Shown here: positions 46,904 to 55,253 of the stretch, in pieces | How the letters are laid out: the number at the start of each line of letters is the position of its first letter | How positions within the stretch are numbered: position 1 is the first letter of the stretch | Assembly (NCBI GenBank): GCA_002329465.1 | Contig: DCTW01000004.1 | Span: 66,933 to 130,932, forward strand | Direction of reading: 5' to 3' | Source: Candidatus Woesebacteria bacterium UBA1430 | Lineage (GTDB): Bacteria > Patescibacteriota > Microgenomatia > UBA8517 | Length of the DNA stretch: 64,000 nt | Position numbers and translations under genes: made by a program | The notes under the pieces: generated by a model | Database searches by the model: none | What the model was told of the DNA's origin: nothing | The model's input: the letters and a program-made list of their open reading frames with translations, nothing else

Positions 46904-47967
46904 TGATAATAGATATTTTTTTTATCCCTTTTCTATTGGCCACCGTCATATCTCTCTTGTCCACATATCCGACAATTAAATTGGCATGGAAGCTAAATCT
47001 TATCGACGATCCCCAAAAGAACAAACATCCCAAAGTTATCCATAAAATCAAAACTCCGCGAGGAGGCGGTCTGGCAATATTTATATCAATCCTGCTTACA
47101 AGCTTAATTTTCCTGCCACTCGACAAACATCTCAAAGGAATTATCTGTGGGGCAACAATTCTAACAGCACTGGGCCTGCTCGACGACAAATATAATCTAA
47201 ACCCGTATCTAAGACTGATAGTACAATTTACAGCCGCAAGCATGCCAATTATAGCCGGAATAGGCATCGCCTTTTGGAAAAGCCCTTTCGGCAATATAAT
47301 TGATCTTTCACAACCCCAAATAAATCTATTTCTTTTAGGAGAAACAAGATCAATCTGGATTCTATCTGATTTATTTGCGCTTTTCTGGATCGTAGCTATT
47401 ATGAATTTTCTGAACATGGGAGCTAAAGGCGTTGACGGCCAGCTAACCGGAGTTGTTGCAATCGCGGCACTAACAATAAGCCTGCTTTCGCTTAAATTTT
47501 CAGCAGATATCACCGAATGGCATACAACCACTCTCGGCGCAATTACCTTCGGAAGCTTTTTAGGTTTCTTACCTTGGCACATCTATCCTCAAAAAATAAT
47601 GCCAAGCTTCTCTGGGTCGAACCTTGGAGGCTATATGCTTGCAATTCTTTCAATTCTTACAACAGCAAAAGTAGGAACACTTGCATTAGTTCTCGCAGTG
47701 CCGCTTGTAGATACTACATATATAATAATCAGACGAGTTCTTTCTGGTAAATCACCTGTCTGGGGTGACAATAGGCATTTGCACCACAAACTTCTAGAAA
47801 GCGGCCTAAGCATTAAACAAGTTGCCGCCTTCTATTGGGCTGTAACGGCTGTCTTCGGAATACTCTCGCTGTTTTTGAACTCGGAAAATAAACTGTATAC
47901 TATGATAGGAGTAGCCCTCCTTACAGGAGGAATTACCTTATGGCTAAATCACAAACAAAAACAATAA
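46903..47967 (+). CDS. WecA/TagO-like polyprenyl-phosphate GlcNAc-1-P transferase
   Basis: IDDP, TPRGGG, GLLDDKY, NM...GVDG, VPLVDT, RR..GKSP..GD..HLHH. Confidence 0.9.
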   Translation: MIIDIFFIPFLLATVISLLSTYPTIKLAWKLNLIDDPQKNKHPKVIHKIKTPRGGGLAIFISILLTSLIFLPLDKHLKGIICGATILTALGLLDDKYNLNPYLRLIVQFTAASMPIIAGIGIAFWKSPFGNIIDLSQPQINLFLLGETRSIWILSDLFALFWIVAIMNFLNMGAKGVDGQLTGVVAIAALTISLLSLKFSADITEWHTTTLGAITFGSFLGFLPWHIYPQKIMPSFSGSNLGGYMLAILSILTTAKVGTLALVLAVPLVDTTYIIIRRVLSGKSPVWGDNRHLHHKLLESGLSIKQVAAFYWAVTAVFGILSLFLNSENKLYTMIGVALLTGGITLWLNHKQKQ

Positions 47968-48887
47968 TAGGCATCATAAAAATTTCCAGACCCATCCACT
48001 GGGTTAAAAATTTCGGAATTTTCGCAGCACTTATATTTTCAAACAATCTCTTTAACAAGCCCATGTTTATCAAAACTTTCTGGGGATTTTGGATATTCAA
48101 CGTCGCGGCAAGCGCAACCTACACATTCAACGATATTCTCGATGCAAAAAGAGACCGCCTCCACCCAATCAAAAAGGAAAGACCAATAGCAAAAGGGGAT
48201 ATTAAACCCCAAACCGCACTTTTTCTTTCTGGAATACTTGCGCTAATATCACTCACCAGCGCACTTTATCTCTCTGAAATATTTTTCTTACTAATCCTTG
48301 CTTATCTATTAATTCAGATTTCGTATTCGCTCTTTCTCAAAAGCCTCCATGTTATAGACATTCTGATTATCGCAACAGGCTTTATTATTCGAGTATATTC
48401 TGGCGCTTTTCTTATTAATGCTCACTTATCCGTATGGTTCTTGTTGTGTGTAATCTCGGTAGCACTTTTTCTCGCATCAGGTAAAAGAAGAGCAGAGCTA
48501 AGCATAATGGGTAGATCAGCAAAAACAAGGCAAAGCCTTTCAAAATACAGCCCCGAGCTTCTAAATTCCTACGTTACAATGTTTGGTAACGCTGCGTGGA
48601 TGAGCTGGGCTCTTTTTTCATTTTTTGAATCTCCACAAGCATCGCTTCCTCTGTGGCTAATCTTGGCCGAATTTTCAAAAACCACAACGGTAAACAAATT
48701 AATGATGATAACAATACCCATTGCAATCTTCGGCATTATGCGGTACGAAAGCTTAATATTCGAAGGCAAATCCGAAACTCCTGAAAAACTTCTTCTCTCG
48801 GATAAATCGCTCATCGCCTCTGTGGCAATATGGGTTGCAATTATAATTTGGATTCTTTACGGCAACATCGCGGCCTATTCGGCCTAA
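47940..48887 (+). CDS. UbiA-family decaprenyl-phosphate phosphoribosyltransferase-like (DPPR synthase)
   Basis: RPIHWVKN, YTFNDILDAKRDRLHPIKKERPIA, YSLFLK, GFIIRV, GKRRAEL. Confidence 0.85.
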   Translation: MAKSQTKTIIGIIKISRPIHWVKNFGIFAALIFSNNLFNKPMFIKTFWGFWIFNVAASATYTFNDILDAKRDRLHPIKKERPIAKGDIKPQTALFLSGILALISLTSALYLSEIFFLLILAYLLIQISYSLFLKSLHVIDILIIATGFIIRVYSGAFLINAHLSVWFLLCVISVALFLASGKRRAELSIMGRSAKTRQSLSKYSPELLNSYVTMFGNAAWMSWALFSFFESPQASLPLWLILAEFSKTTTVNKLMMITIPIAIFGIMRYESLIFEGKSETPEKLLLSDKSLIASVAIWVAIIIWILYGNIAAYSA

Positions 48888-49738
48888 TCATCGGCGATTT
48901 CTGCCGATTCTGTGGCATATTCCGAAGATATCCAACCTTCAATTCCCTCGTCAAATTTAATCTTATACCATCCGGCAACGCTATCGCGATCCAAAAGCTC
49001 ATACTTTTCACCCGGATCAACCCTTCCAACCTCTTCAGAACTGGTAGAGGGCTCCTCCCTCACTCTTAAAAACCCGGTAGGAGTATTAAGTATTTCAACT
49101 TCTAGTGGGGAAGAGGGCCAAGAATTGTTAATTTCTTCCAAAACATCACTTTGTGCATTTTCATCTTTTTCTAAATCAACCAAAGCTGTCAAAGTATATC
49201 CAGAATAGGCATTAACCGAAAAAGCTCTTTCAAAATAGCCGTCCAAAAAAAGTCTAATTTCATGAACACCCTCTGAAACATCTTCAATTAATAAAGGAGT
49301 TAGATCAACTATCCTGTCATCAAAATAAACTTGCGCACCGTCTGGTCTCGAAATAACGGAAACATTTGCATTTTTCCCACCTGTTTTTTCAAAAGATATC
49401 TCTTCGCCGGAAGAATCCTCCACCGACTCCCCAAGTTTGCGTCGCACAATAGTTTTAACACCACGAACTAACTCTATTTTAGTATCATATGCCATTAAAG
49501 GCTTATCCAAAGCCTCCGGTACAAGCCTAACCGCTACCTCTCGTGCCGCAAACTCTCTCTCAAAAGGAGTCCTACCCACCTGTTCACCGTTAATATATAC
49601 CTGTGCAACAGGGTCAGATTCAATTAATAAAGAGGCTTTCCTATTTTTATGGTAAAACCAAACCCCAAAAGACAGAAAAAAAACCAATAATATAAAAAAA
49701 AACAAAAAAAATATTTTTTTTCTAGAGGTCACGTTCAA
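48884..49738 (-). CDS. PEGA-domain and SH3 protein, membrane anchored
   Basis: Two PEGA repeats (ESDP.AQVYING..GRTP; SRPDGAQVYFD); SH3 TGFLRVREEPS...WYKI...GWIS. Confidence 0.85.
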   Translation of the reverse strand: MNVTSRKKIFFLFFFILLVFFLSFGVWFYHKNRKASLLIESDPVAQVYINGEQVGRTPFEREFAAREVAVRLVPEALDKPLMAYDTKIELVRGVKTIVRRKLGESVEDSSGEEISFEKTGGKNANVSVISRPDGAQVYFDDRIVDLTPLLIEDVSEGVHEIRLFLDGYFERAFSVNAYSGYTLTALVDLEKDENAQSDVLEEINNSWPSSPLEVEILNTPTGFLRVREEPSTSSEEVGRVDPGEKYELLDRDSVAGWYKIKFDEGIEGWISSEYATESAEIADD

Positions 49739-49781
49739 AAGTTTATAATCTTAAAAACAAAATTACAAGTATATATTTATC

Positions 49782-49841
49782 TTGACAAATAAAAAGATTT
49801 TTTCTACTATATATTTAGCACTCAATTAGCGGGAGTGATAA
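49782..49841 (+). promoter_or_regulatory. hsp20 promoter plus CIRCE operator
   Basis: TTGACA (49782-87), N17, TACTAT (49805-10), then TTAGCACTC-AATTAGCGG-GAGTGATAA (49815-49841). Confidence 0.88.
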
Positions 49842-49879
49842 ACCACTTCCCCATCAACCAATAAAAGGAGGTGATAAAT

Positions 49880-50266
49880 ATGGCAATCACAAGATGGGAT
49901 CCGTTTTTACGATTTCCAAGAATCTTCGAAGACCTCGAAGAACCATTCCAAAAAGGGCTAAAAATAAAAGAAACGGACAACGACATAATCGCTGAAGCCG
50001 TTGTTGCAGGAGTACCTGCAAAAGACGTTGAAGTTAACATCGAAGACGGCGTACTTGCCATCAAAGCAAAGGCAAGCGAAAAAACCAAAAAAGAAAACGA
50101 AAAGCGCTATGCCCAATATGACTACTATTATTCTGCTGCTCTTTCGGGAGGCCAGTGGGATAAAGCCGAAGCTGAGGTAGAAAACGGAGTTGTCTATGTA
50201 ACAATTCCCAAAGCCGAAGCTGCAAGGCCAAAAAAAATCACAGTAAAAGAAAAAAAGTCAGAATAA
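49880..50266 (+). CDS. Small heat-shock protein (Hsp20/alpha-crystallin)
   Basis: RWDPF, VAGVPAKDVEVNIEDGVLAI, AEVENGVVYVTIPK, KKITV; SD AAGGAGGTG before the ATG at 49880. Confidence 0.92.
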   Translation: MAITRWDPFLRFPRIFEDLEEPFQKGLKIKETDNDIIAEAVVAGVPAKDVEVNIEDGVLAIKAKASEKTKKENEKRYAQYDYYYSAALSGGQWDKAEAEVENGVVYVTIPKAEAARPKKITVKEKKSE

Positions 50267-50284
50267 TCTAAATTATCTTTTACG

Positions 50285-50312
50285 CCCCCCCCCGAGCTTG
50301 GCTTGGGGGGGG
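50285..50312. terminator. Strong hairpin between convergent genes (probable terminator)
   Basis: CCCCCCCCCGAGC-TTG-GCTTGGGGGGGG followed by AATTTT. Confidence 0.7.
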
Positions 50313-50325
50313 AATTTTACAAAAA

Positions 50326-50682
50326 TCAATCAGGTAATCCAGTCCCACCTTGTATATTTCCTCCTCCTAAAACATAAGCTTCTATAACCCCGCAAGCCCG
50401 GTTAAACAACACATTTTGAGATTCATCAAATCTTTCTTGTCCTAATTGTTCAACTATTTTTCGGGACAAAACAAAAGTGTCCACCCGTCCTTCATCCAAT
50501 AAAGTTTCTAAAACCCTTTCCTTCCACCATGCATCATGTAGTTCAGGGGCTATATGAATGTCTCTTTCTTCAAGTCTCTGTCTATATTCTTTAAGCTTTG
50601 TCCCCAATCTCTGAGCTAATATAGAATCTTCAGGTAGCTCAATAACATGCGATTTATTTCCTGAATCAAATTCTCCTGTCAT
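50326..50682 (-). CDS. Hypothetical protein
   Basis: 118-aa ORF with SD-like GGGGGTGA and its own TTGACA-N17-TATAAA promoter (50753-50725). Confidence 0.7.
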   Translation of the reverse strand: MTGEFDSGNKSHVIELPEDSILAQRLGTKLKEYRQRLEERDIHIAPELHDAWWKERVLETLLDEGRVDTFVLSRKIVEQLGQERFDESQNVLFNRACGVIEAYVLGGGNIQGGTGLPD

Positions 50683-50800
50683 ATTCTCACCCCCTACTTT
50701 TTAGGCAGAAAATTAAAGTCACTCTTTATAAATCAAATAAAAAAGAGTGTCAATAAATTTCTTTATGTTTAAAAGAAAATAGATTAAAATATACTCATTC

Positions 50801-50872
50801 GATCCGGTGGCGAAGTGGAAACGCTGCGGTCTGCAAAACCGCGATGCGCGGGTTCGATTCCCGCCCGGATCT
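50801..50872 (+). tRNA. tRNA-Cys(GCA); CCA not encoded
   Basis: Acceptor stem GATCCGG/CCGGATC; anticodon arm GCGGT-CTGCAAA-ACCGC; T arm GCGGG-TTCGATT-CCCGC; discriminator U. Confidence 0.96.
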
Positions 50873-50918
50873 CAAAAACAATTAAGCCCAATGCCGTGTT
50901 ATAATAATCTTCACTTCT

Positions 50919-51827
50919 ATGGCAAAAGTGAAAAAACATAAAAAAATTACAAAGGCTGTTATAACTGCCGCCGGATACGGGACCAGGTTTTTACCAGCTA
51001 CAAAAAATATACCCAAAGAGCTTCTACCAATTATTAATAAACCGACAATAAGCTATGTTGTTGATCAGTGTATTGAAGCAGGAATTAAAGATATAATTAT
51101 TGTCACAAGATTTGGTAACCACGCCGTTGAAGACTATTTTGACTCCGAACCTGCACTTGAGAAATATTTAATAGATAAAGGAAAACAAGAGCTGACAAAG
51201 GAGATCAGGGGAGTTTATAAGGGAGCAAACTTTATTTTTGTCCGCCAAAATCCTGATTTGCCTTATGGCAATGCCGCGCCGCTTTATTCGGTCAGAAATC
51301 TTATCCAGGATGAACCATTTATCTATTCTTGGGGTGACGACATTATCCTTGGTAAACAGGTCGGAGTTGTCGAGCTAGTAAAAAGCTACAAAAAAGACCC
51401 CTGCGACATAATTTTAAATTGTATCAGAACCACTAAAGAAGAAATTTCAAAAACAGGTGCTGAAGTCAAAATAAAAAAAGGGACGCTCGATCAAGTGGAG
51501 GCTTTACCGGAAAAACCGCCGGTTGAAAAAGTAAAAAGCGATCTGCTTTCAACCGCTCCTTACTTGGTTACACCTAAAATATTCAAATATCTTGACCCCA
51601 GAAAAGATGCGAGAACTGGAGAATTTCTTTTTCAAAAGGGTGTTGAGGGGATCATTAAGGATGGTGGATATGTCCGAGCCAGCGTGACCAAGGGTCGCTG
51701 GCTAACCATGGGTGATCCGCTTAATTATCTTAAAGCCACTGTTGAAATTGCGCTCTACCGCGATGATCTGCGTGAAAGTTTTATTAATTACCTAAAGTTA
51801 AGAGTAAAAGAACTAAATGGAATCTAG
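50919..51827 (+). CDS. galU: UTP--glucose-1-phosphate uridylyltransferase
   Basis: KAVITAAGYGTRFLPATKNIPKELLP, EDYFD, VRQ..GNA, GDD, EKP, GDP..Y. Confidence 0.88.
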   Translation: MAKVKKHKKITKAVITAAGYGTRFLPATKNIPKELLPIINKPTISYVVDQCIEAGIKDIIIVTRFGNHAVEDYFDSEPALEKYLIDKGKQELTKEIRGVYKGANFIFVRQNPDLPYGNAAPLYSVRNLIQDEPFIYSWGDDIILGKQVGVVELVKSYKKDPCDIILNCIRTTKEEISKTGAEVKIKKGTLDQVEALPEKPPVEKVKSDLLSTAPYLVTPKIFKYLDPRKDARTGEFLFQKGVEGIIKDGGYVRASVTKGRWLTMGDPLNYLKATVEIALYRDDLRESFINYLKLRVKELNGI

Positions 51828-52720
51828 TATTGCAAAGATTTTTCCACTAGAAAGAATTTACCCCCGCTTTCTCCTATAATTCCCTTTATTGTCATTACTG
51901 TCAAAGCCGAAGACACCCTTGAAATATCCTCAGATAAAGCTTGAGAAATTTCATCCGCCCCCAAAGGCTCGCGCGCCAAAAGATTTAAAATCTTCTTTTC
52001 AAAAAAATCTAAATTAGATTTTTCATACTCCCTCTTTGCCGTCCTTTTCATTGATAAAATATCATAAGGCTCTGTCGCCATCTTAGCAAAACCTTTCTTA
52101 ATAAAATAATTAGTCCCCTGCGAAGTCAACGAATCAATAGGTCCGGGCACTGCCCATATCTTTCTACCCATAGAGCGGGCAAGCCTCGCAGTAATCAAAG
52201 AACCGCTCTTAATTCCAGCCTCAATAATCAAAACGCCCACAGAAGTTACTCCTGCTACAATTCTATTTCTTTGAGGGAACTTCCACAAATGAGGCTTTGC
52301 ATTTTTCTCATATTCGCTCAAAACAAGCCCATCGTTTTCAAGTATTTGAGCATAAAGCTTTTTATTCTCAGGCGGATAAACTACATCAAGCCCACAGCCA
52401 AAAACCGCCACGGTTTTGCCGCCGACCTCAAGCGTTTCACTAGCAACTTCCGTATCAACGCCGTACATAAACCCACTTACAGTCACAACTCCCTCCGAAA
52501 CGAGAGTTGGAATAAATCTCTTAACAACATTCCTTCCATATCGTGTCATTCTCCTGCTGCCGACAACACCAAGGATTTTAGATGTTAATATATCAATATT
52601 ACCTCTATAAAAAATCCTTTTTGGAGAATTTTTTATTTCAGACAATCTCTTAGGATAAATTTTATCTCCAATTTTTACGCTTTTAATCTCAAAATCTTGA
52701 TAATTCATGTATTTATACAC
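51824..52720 (-). CDS. dprA: DNA-processing protein DprA
   Basis: YPKRL..I..P, VVGSR, VSGFMYGVD, FPQRNRIVAG, EAGIKSGSLITA, AVPG; C-terminal wHTH. Start may be the ATG at 52708. Confidence 0.95.
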   Translation of the reverse strand: MYKYMNYQDFEIKSVKIGDKIYPKRLSEIKNSPKRIFYRGNIDILTSKILGVVGSRRMTRYGRNVVKRFIPTLVSEGVVTVSGFMYGVDTEVASETLEVGGKTVAVFGCGLDVVYPPENKKLYAQILENDGLVLSEYEKNAKPHLWKFPQRNRIVAGVTSVGVLIIEAGIKSGSLITARLARSMGRKIWAVPGPIDSLTSQGTNYFIKKGFAKMATEPYDILSMKRTAKREYEKSNLDFFEKKILNLLAREPLGADEISQALSEDISRVSSALTVMTIKGIIGESGGKFFLVEKSLQY

Positions 52721-52725
52721 AAAAT

Positions 52726-53103
52726 CTAAAACCCCACGTTTTCATAATGGTCAATCCTGTCAACCCCTCCCATCTCATTAAATACTATGGCAACGACATC
52801 AATGCGGTATTTTTCATACTTTCGCGCCAAATCAGCTCTCGCAACAAGAAAACTATCGGCTATTCTTTGAATTTGATTTATTTTTCTTTTGTCCACCATC
52901 TCCTCCGGAGTACCAAAGTCATCCCCCACCTTTGCCTTTACTTCTACAAAAATTATTTCATCCCCATCCAAAAAAATTAAATCTATCTCGCCATACCTCG
53001 TCCTATAATTCCTAGCAAGCAAGCCGTAGCCCTTTTTACAAAGATAATCCTCACCAACCTCCTCTCCATATCTGCCTTTCGGCAAATTATATCGTTTACT
53101 CAT
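52726..53103 (-). CDS. yraN: YraN family nuclease
   Basis: GRYGEE, RNYRTRYGEIDLI, FVEVK, RIDVVAI. Confidence 0.93.
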   Translation of the reverse strand: MSKRYNLPKGRYGEEVGEDYLCKKGYGLLARNYRTRYGEIDLIFLDGDEIIFVEVKAKVGDDFGTPEEMVDKRKINQIQRIADSFLVARADLARKYEKYRIDVVAIVFNEMGGVDRIDHYENVGF

Positions 53104-54636
53104 TTAATCGCTTGACCGCACTCTATACTGAAGCGCTTCGGCAACACAAGTAGCATCAATATCCTTTCTTCCTGCCAAATCGGCAATCGTTCTTGCCACT
53201 TTTATAATCCTAAAATATGTTCTTGCGGATAATCCATAGGTATTAACCGCCTGTTTTAAAATTGCCTGTCCCGCGCTATCAAGCACGCAGTACTTCTTAA
53301 TATGCTTATTTTTCATGTCCGAATTTGTATAAATCCCGTCTTTCTCAAACCTTTTTAATTGTATTTTTCTCGCCCTCAAAACACGCTCCCGCACAGAAAT
53401 CGATCGTTCAGGTTTCTTTACAACACCTCTCTCCATCAGCTCATCAACATCCAAAGCGGGAACATTAATGTGTATATCAATTCTATCCATCAAAGGTCCA
53501 GAGAGCTTTGTCTGATACCTCATTATCTGCCTAGGGCTACATTTACACTCACGCTTAGCATCCCCCAAATAGCCGCACGGGCAAGGATTACTGGCCGCAA
53601 CAAGCATAAAAGAAGCCGGAAACTTTACACTTCCGGCAGCCCTTGTTATAGAAACTTCACCATCCTCCATTGGCTGCCTCAAAGCCTCAAGCGTTCCTCT
53701 GCTAAATTCAGGAAACTCATCCAAAAACAAAACTCCACGGTGAGCAAGCGAGATCTCCCCGGGGTGAGGATTGCTTCCACCGCCTATAAGCCCAATCCTG
53801 CTTGTTGTATGATGAGATACTCGAAACGGCCTGTCATAAACAAGGCTTGCCCCAGCAGGCAAATTCCCCGAAACCGAATATATCTTAGTTACTTCAAGAC
53901 TTTCCTTTTCGCTCAATGGAGGCAAAATTCCGGCCATCGCTCTTGCAAGCATGGTTTTCCCCGATCCCGGAGGACCTTGCATATGAACATTGTGCCCACC
54001 GGAAGCAGCAATCTCCAAAGCCCGCTTTGCGCTCTCCTGCCCCAGTATGTCGGAAAAATCAATCTCCGGAAATATATCTTCATGAATATCGATTTCTTTC
54101 AAACCACGAAACACGCCAATTTGCCCTCCTCCATTAAAATGAGAAAGAATTTGTGCCAAATTCTCAACCGGATAAACCCGCACTCCACTCACCACAGCAG
54201 CCTCAAATGAAGAATCTTTAGGAACAAATAAACTTTTTATTCCACGCTCTTTTGCATAAAGAGCAAGAAGTAAAACCCCCTTAGTATGTCTTAAACTTCC
54301 ATCCAGCGAAAGCTCTCCATAAAAAAACATCTTTTCCGAAGGCAAGCTTATAGCTTCCAAAGATCTTAAAATCCCGCATGCAATTGGCAAATCATAACTG
54401 CTTCCTTCCTTGGGAATATCGGCAGGAGCAAGATTAACCACTATCTTTGCGTTCGGAAACTCAACTCCACTATTAACAAGCGCCGTCTTCACTCGCTCCT
54501 TCGCTTCCTCAACAGACTTACTGGGAAGCCCAATAATATTAAATCCCGGAAAACCTTTTTTAGCAATATTTACCTCAACTTCAACAGGCAACGTATCAAG
54601 TCCAAAGTGCGTAGCAGACATTACCTTCGTAAGCAT
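53104..54636 (-). CDS. comM: ComM/YifB Mg-chelatase-like helicase
   Basis: VNLAPADIPKEG, GPPGSGKT, PGEISLAHRGVLFLDEFPEF, NPCPCG, SGPLMDRID, LSAR. Confidence 0.95.
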   Translation of the reverse strand: MLTKVMSATHFGLDTLPVEVEVNIAKKGFPGFNIIGLPSKSVEEAKERVKTALVNSGVEFPNAKIVVNLAPADIPKEGSSYDLPIACGILRSLEAISLPSEKMFFYGELSLDGSLRHTKGVLLLALYAKERGIKSLFVPKDSSFEAAVVSGVRVYPVENLAQILSHFNGGGQIGVFRGLKEIDIHEDIFPEIDFSDILGQESAKRALEIAASGGHNVHMQGPPGSGKTMLARAMAGILPPLSEKESLEVTKIYSVSGNLPAGASLVYDRPFRVSHHTTSRIGLIGGGSNPHPGEISLAHRGVLFLDEFPEFSRGTLEALRQPMEDGEVSITRAAGSVKFPASFMLVAASNPCPCGYLGDAKRECKCSPRQIMRYQTKLSGPLMDRIDIHINVPALDVDELMERGVVKKPERSISVRERVLRARKIQLKRFEKDGIYTNSDMKNKHIKKYCVLDSAGQAILKQAVNTYGLSARTYFRIIKVARTIADLAGRKDIDATCVAEALQYRVRSSD

Positions 54637-54719
54637 TAAAAAATATTTTACTTTAAAAAAACTCCCCTTTTCCAGAGATAATCGTTGATTTAAATTTCAA
54701 AACATCCTATAATATATTT

Positions 54720-55235
54720 ATGGTTGAATATAAACCATCACTACCCCTACCAAAACACATTATCAATCGCAAAAACGCCAACGATAAAGGAGTCGTAATT
54801 CCAATACCTATAATCGAAAGGAAATTAACAATTAAAATCCCCGATTTGTTAAAAACAGAAGCTCTGGGAGCAGCGAACATAGCATCCATGACGCCGGATG
54901 TATTGGGTCATTGTGAAAAATTATACGCAGTAAAATTGAATAAAATGATTGGTGATTCGCCGTTACGCCTTTTACTTCCCCAAAAACGTCTGTTATACGA
55001 ATACAAATATTCCGGCAACCCAAGCACTTTTTTCCAAATTATTTCAATTACCGATCCCATAACAGCAAGTGCTATTGTCTGCACTCGCCCTTTTTTTTGT
55101 GCCAATCAACCAATTGATCCAAATAATCTAGACCTTGTCAAAATCTATCGTTTTTATCCAATGGGAAATTTCCCGGAACCCACGTTTAAAGATACTGAAA
55201 CGGGTGAAGTATTAAATGAGCTAAAACTGCATTAA
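54720..55235 (+). CDS. Hypothetical protein (orphan-like)
   Basis: 171-aa ORF filling the gap; TTGATT-N17-TATAAT ending 6 nt before the ATG. Confidence 0.65.
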   Translation: MVEYKPSLPLPKHIINRKNANDKGVVIPIPIIERKLTIKIPDLLKTEALGAANIASMTPDVLGHCEKLYAVKLNKMIGDSPLRLLLPQKRLLYEYKYSGNPSTFFQIISITDPITASAIVCTRPFFCANQPIDPNNLDLVKIYRFYPMGNFPEPTFKDTETGEVLNELKLH

Positions 55236-55253
55236 AGTTTTGAACATCTTTTC

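Noticed and set aside
46863..47582. 239-aa minus-strand ORF
   Set aside because: Antisense to the TagO/WecA gene.
50720..50749. CACTC...GAGTG as a fourth CIRCE
   Set aside because: The spacing is 20 nt rather than 9, and the outer TTAG/CTAA arms are missing.
50801..51827. Integrative element at tRNA-Cys
   Set aside because: No integrase and no duplicated tRNA 3' end were found; only the skew anomaly is reported.
53359..54210. 283-aa plus-strand ORF
   Set aside because: Antisense shadow of comM with no motifs.
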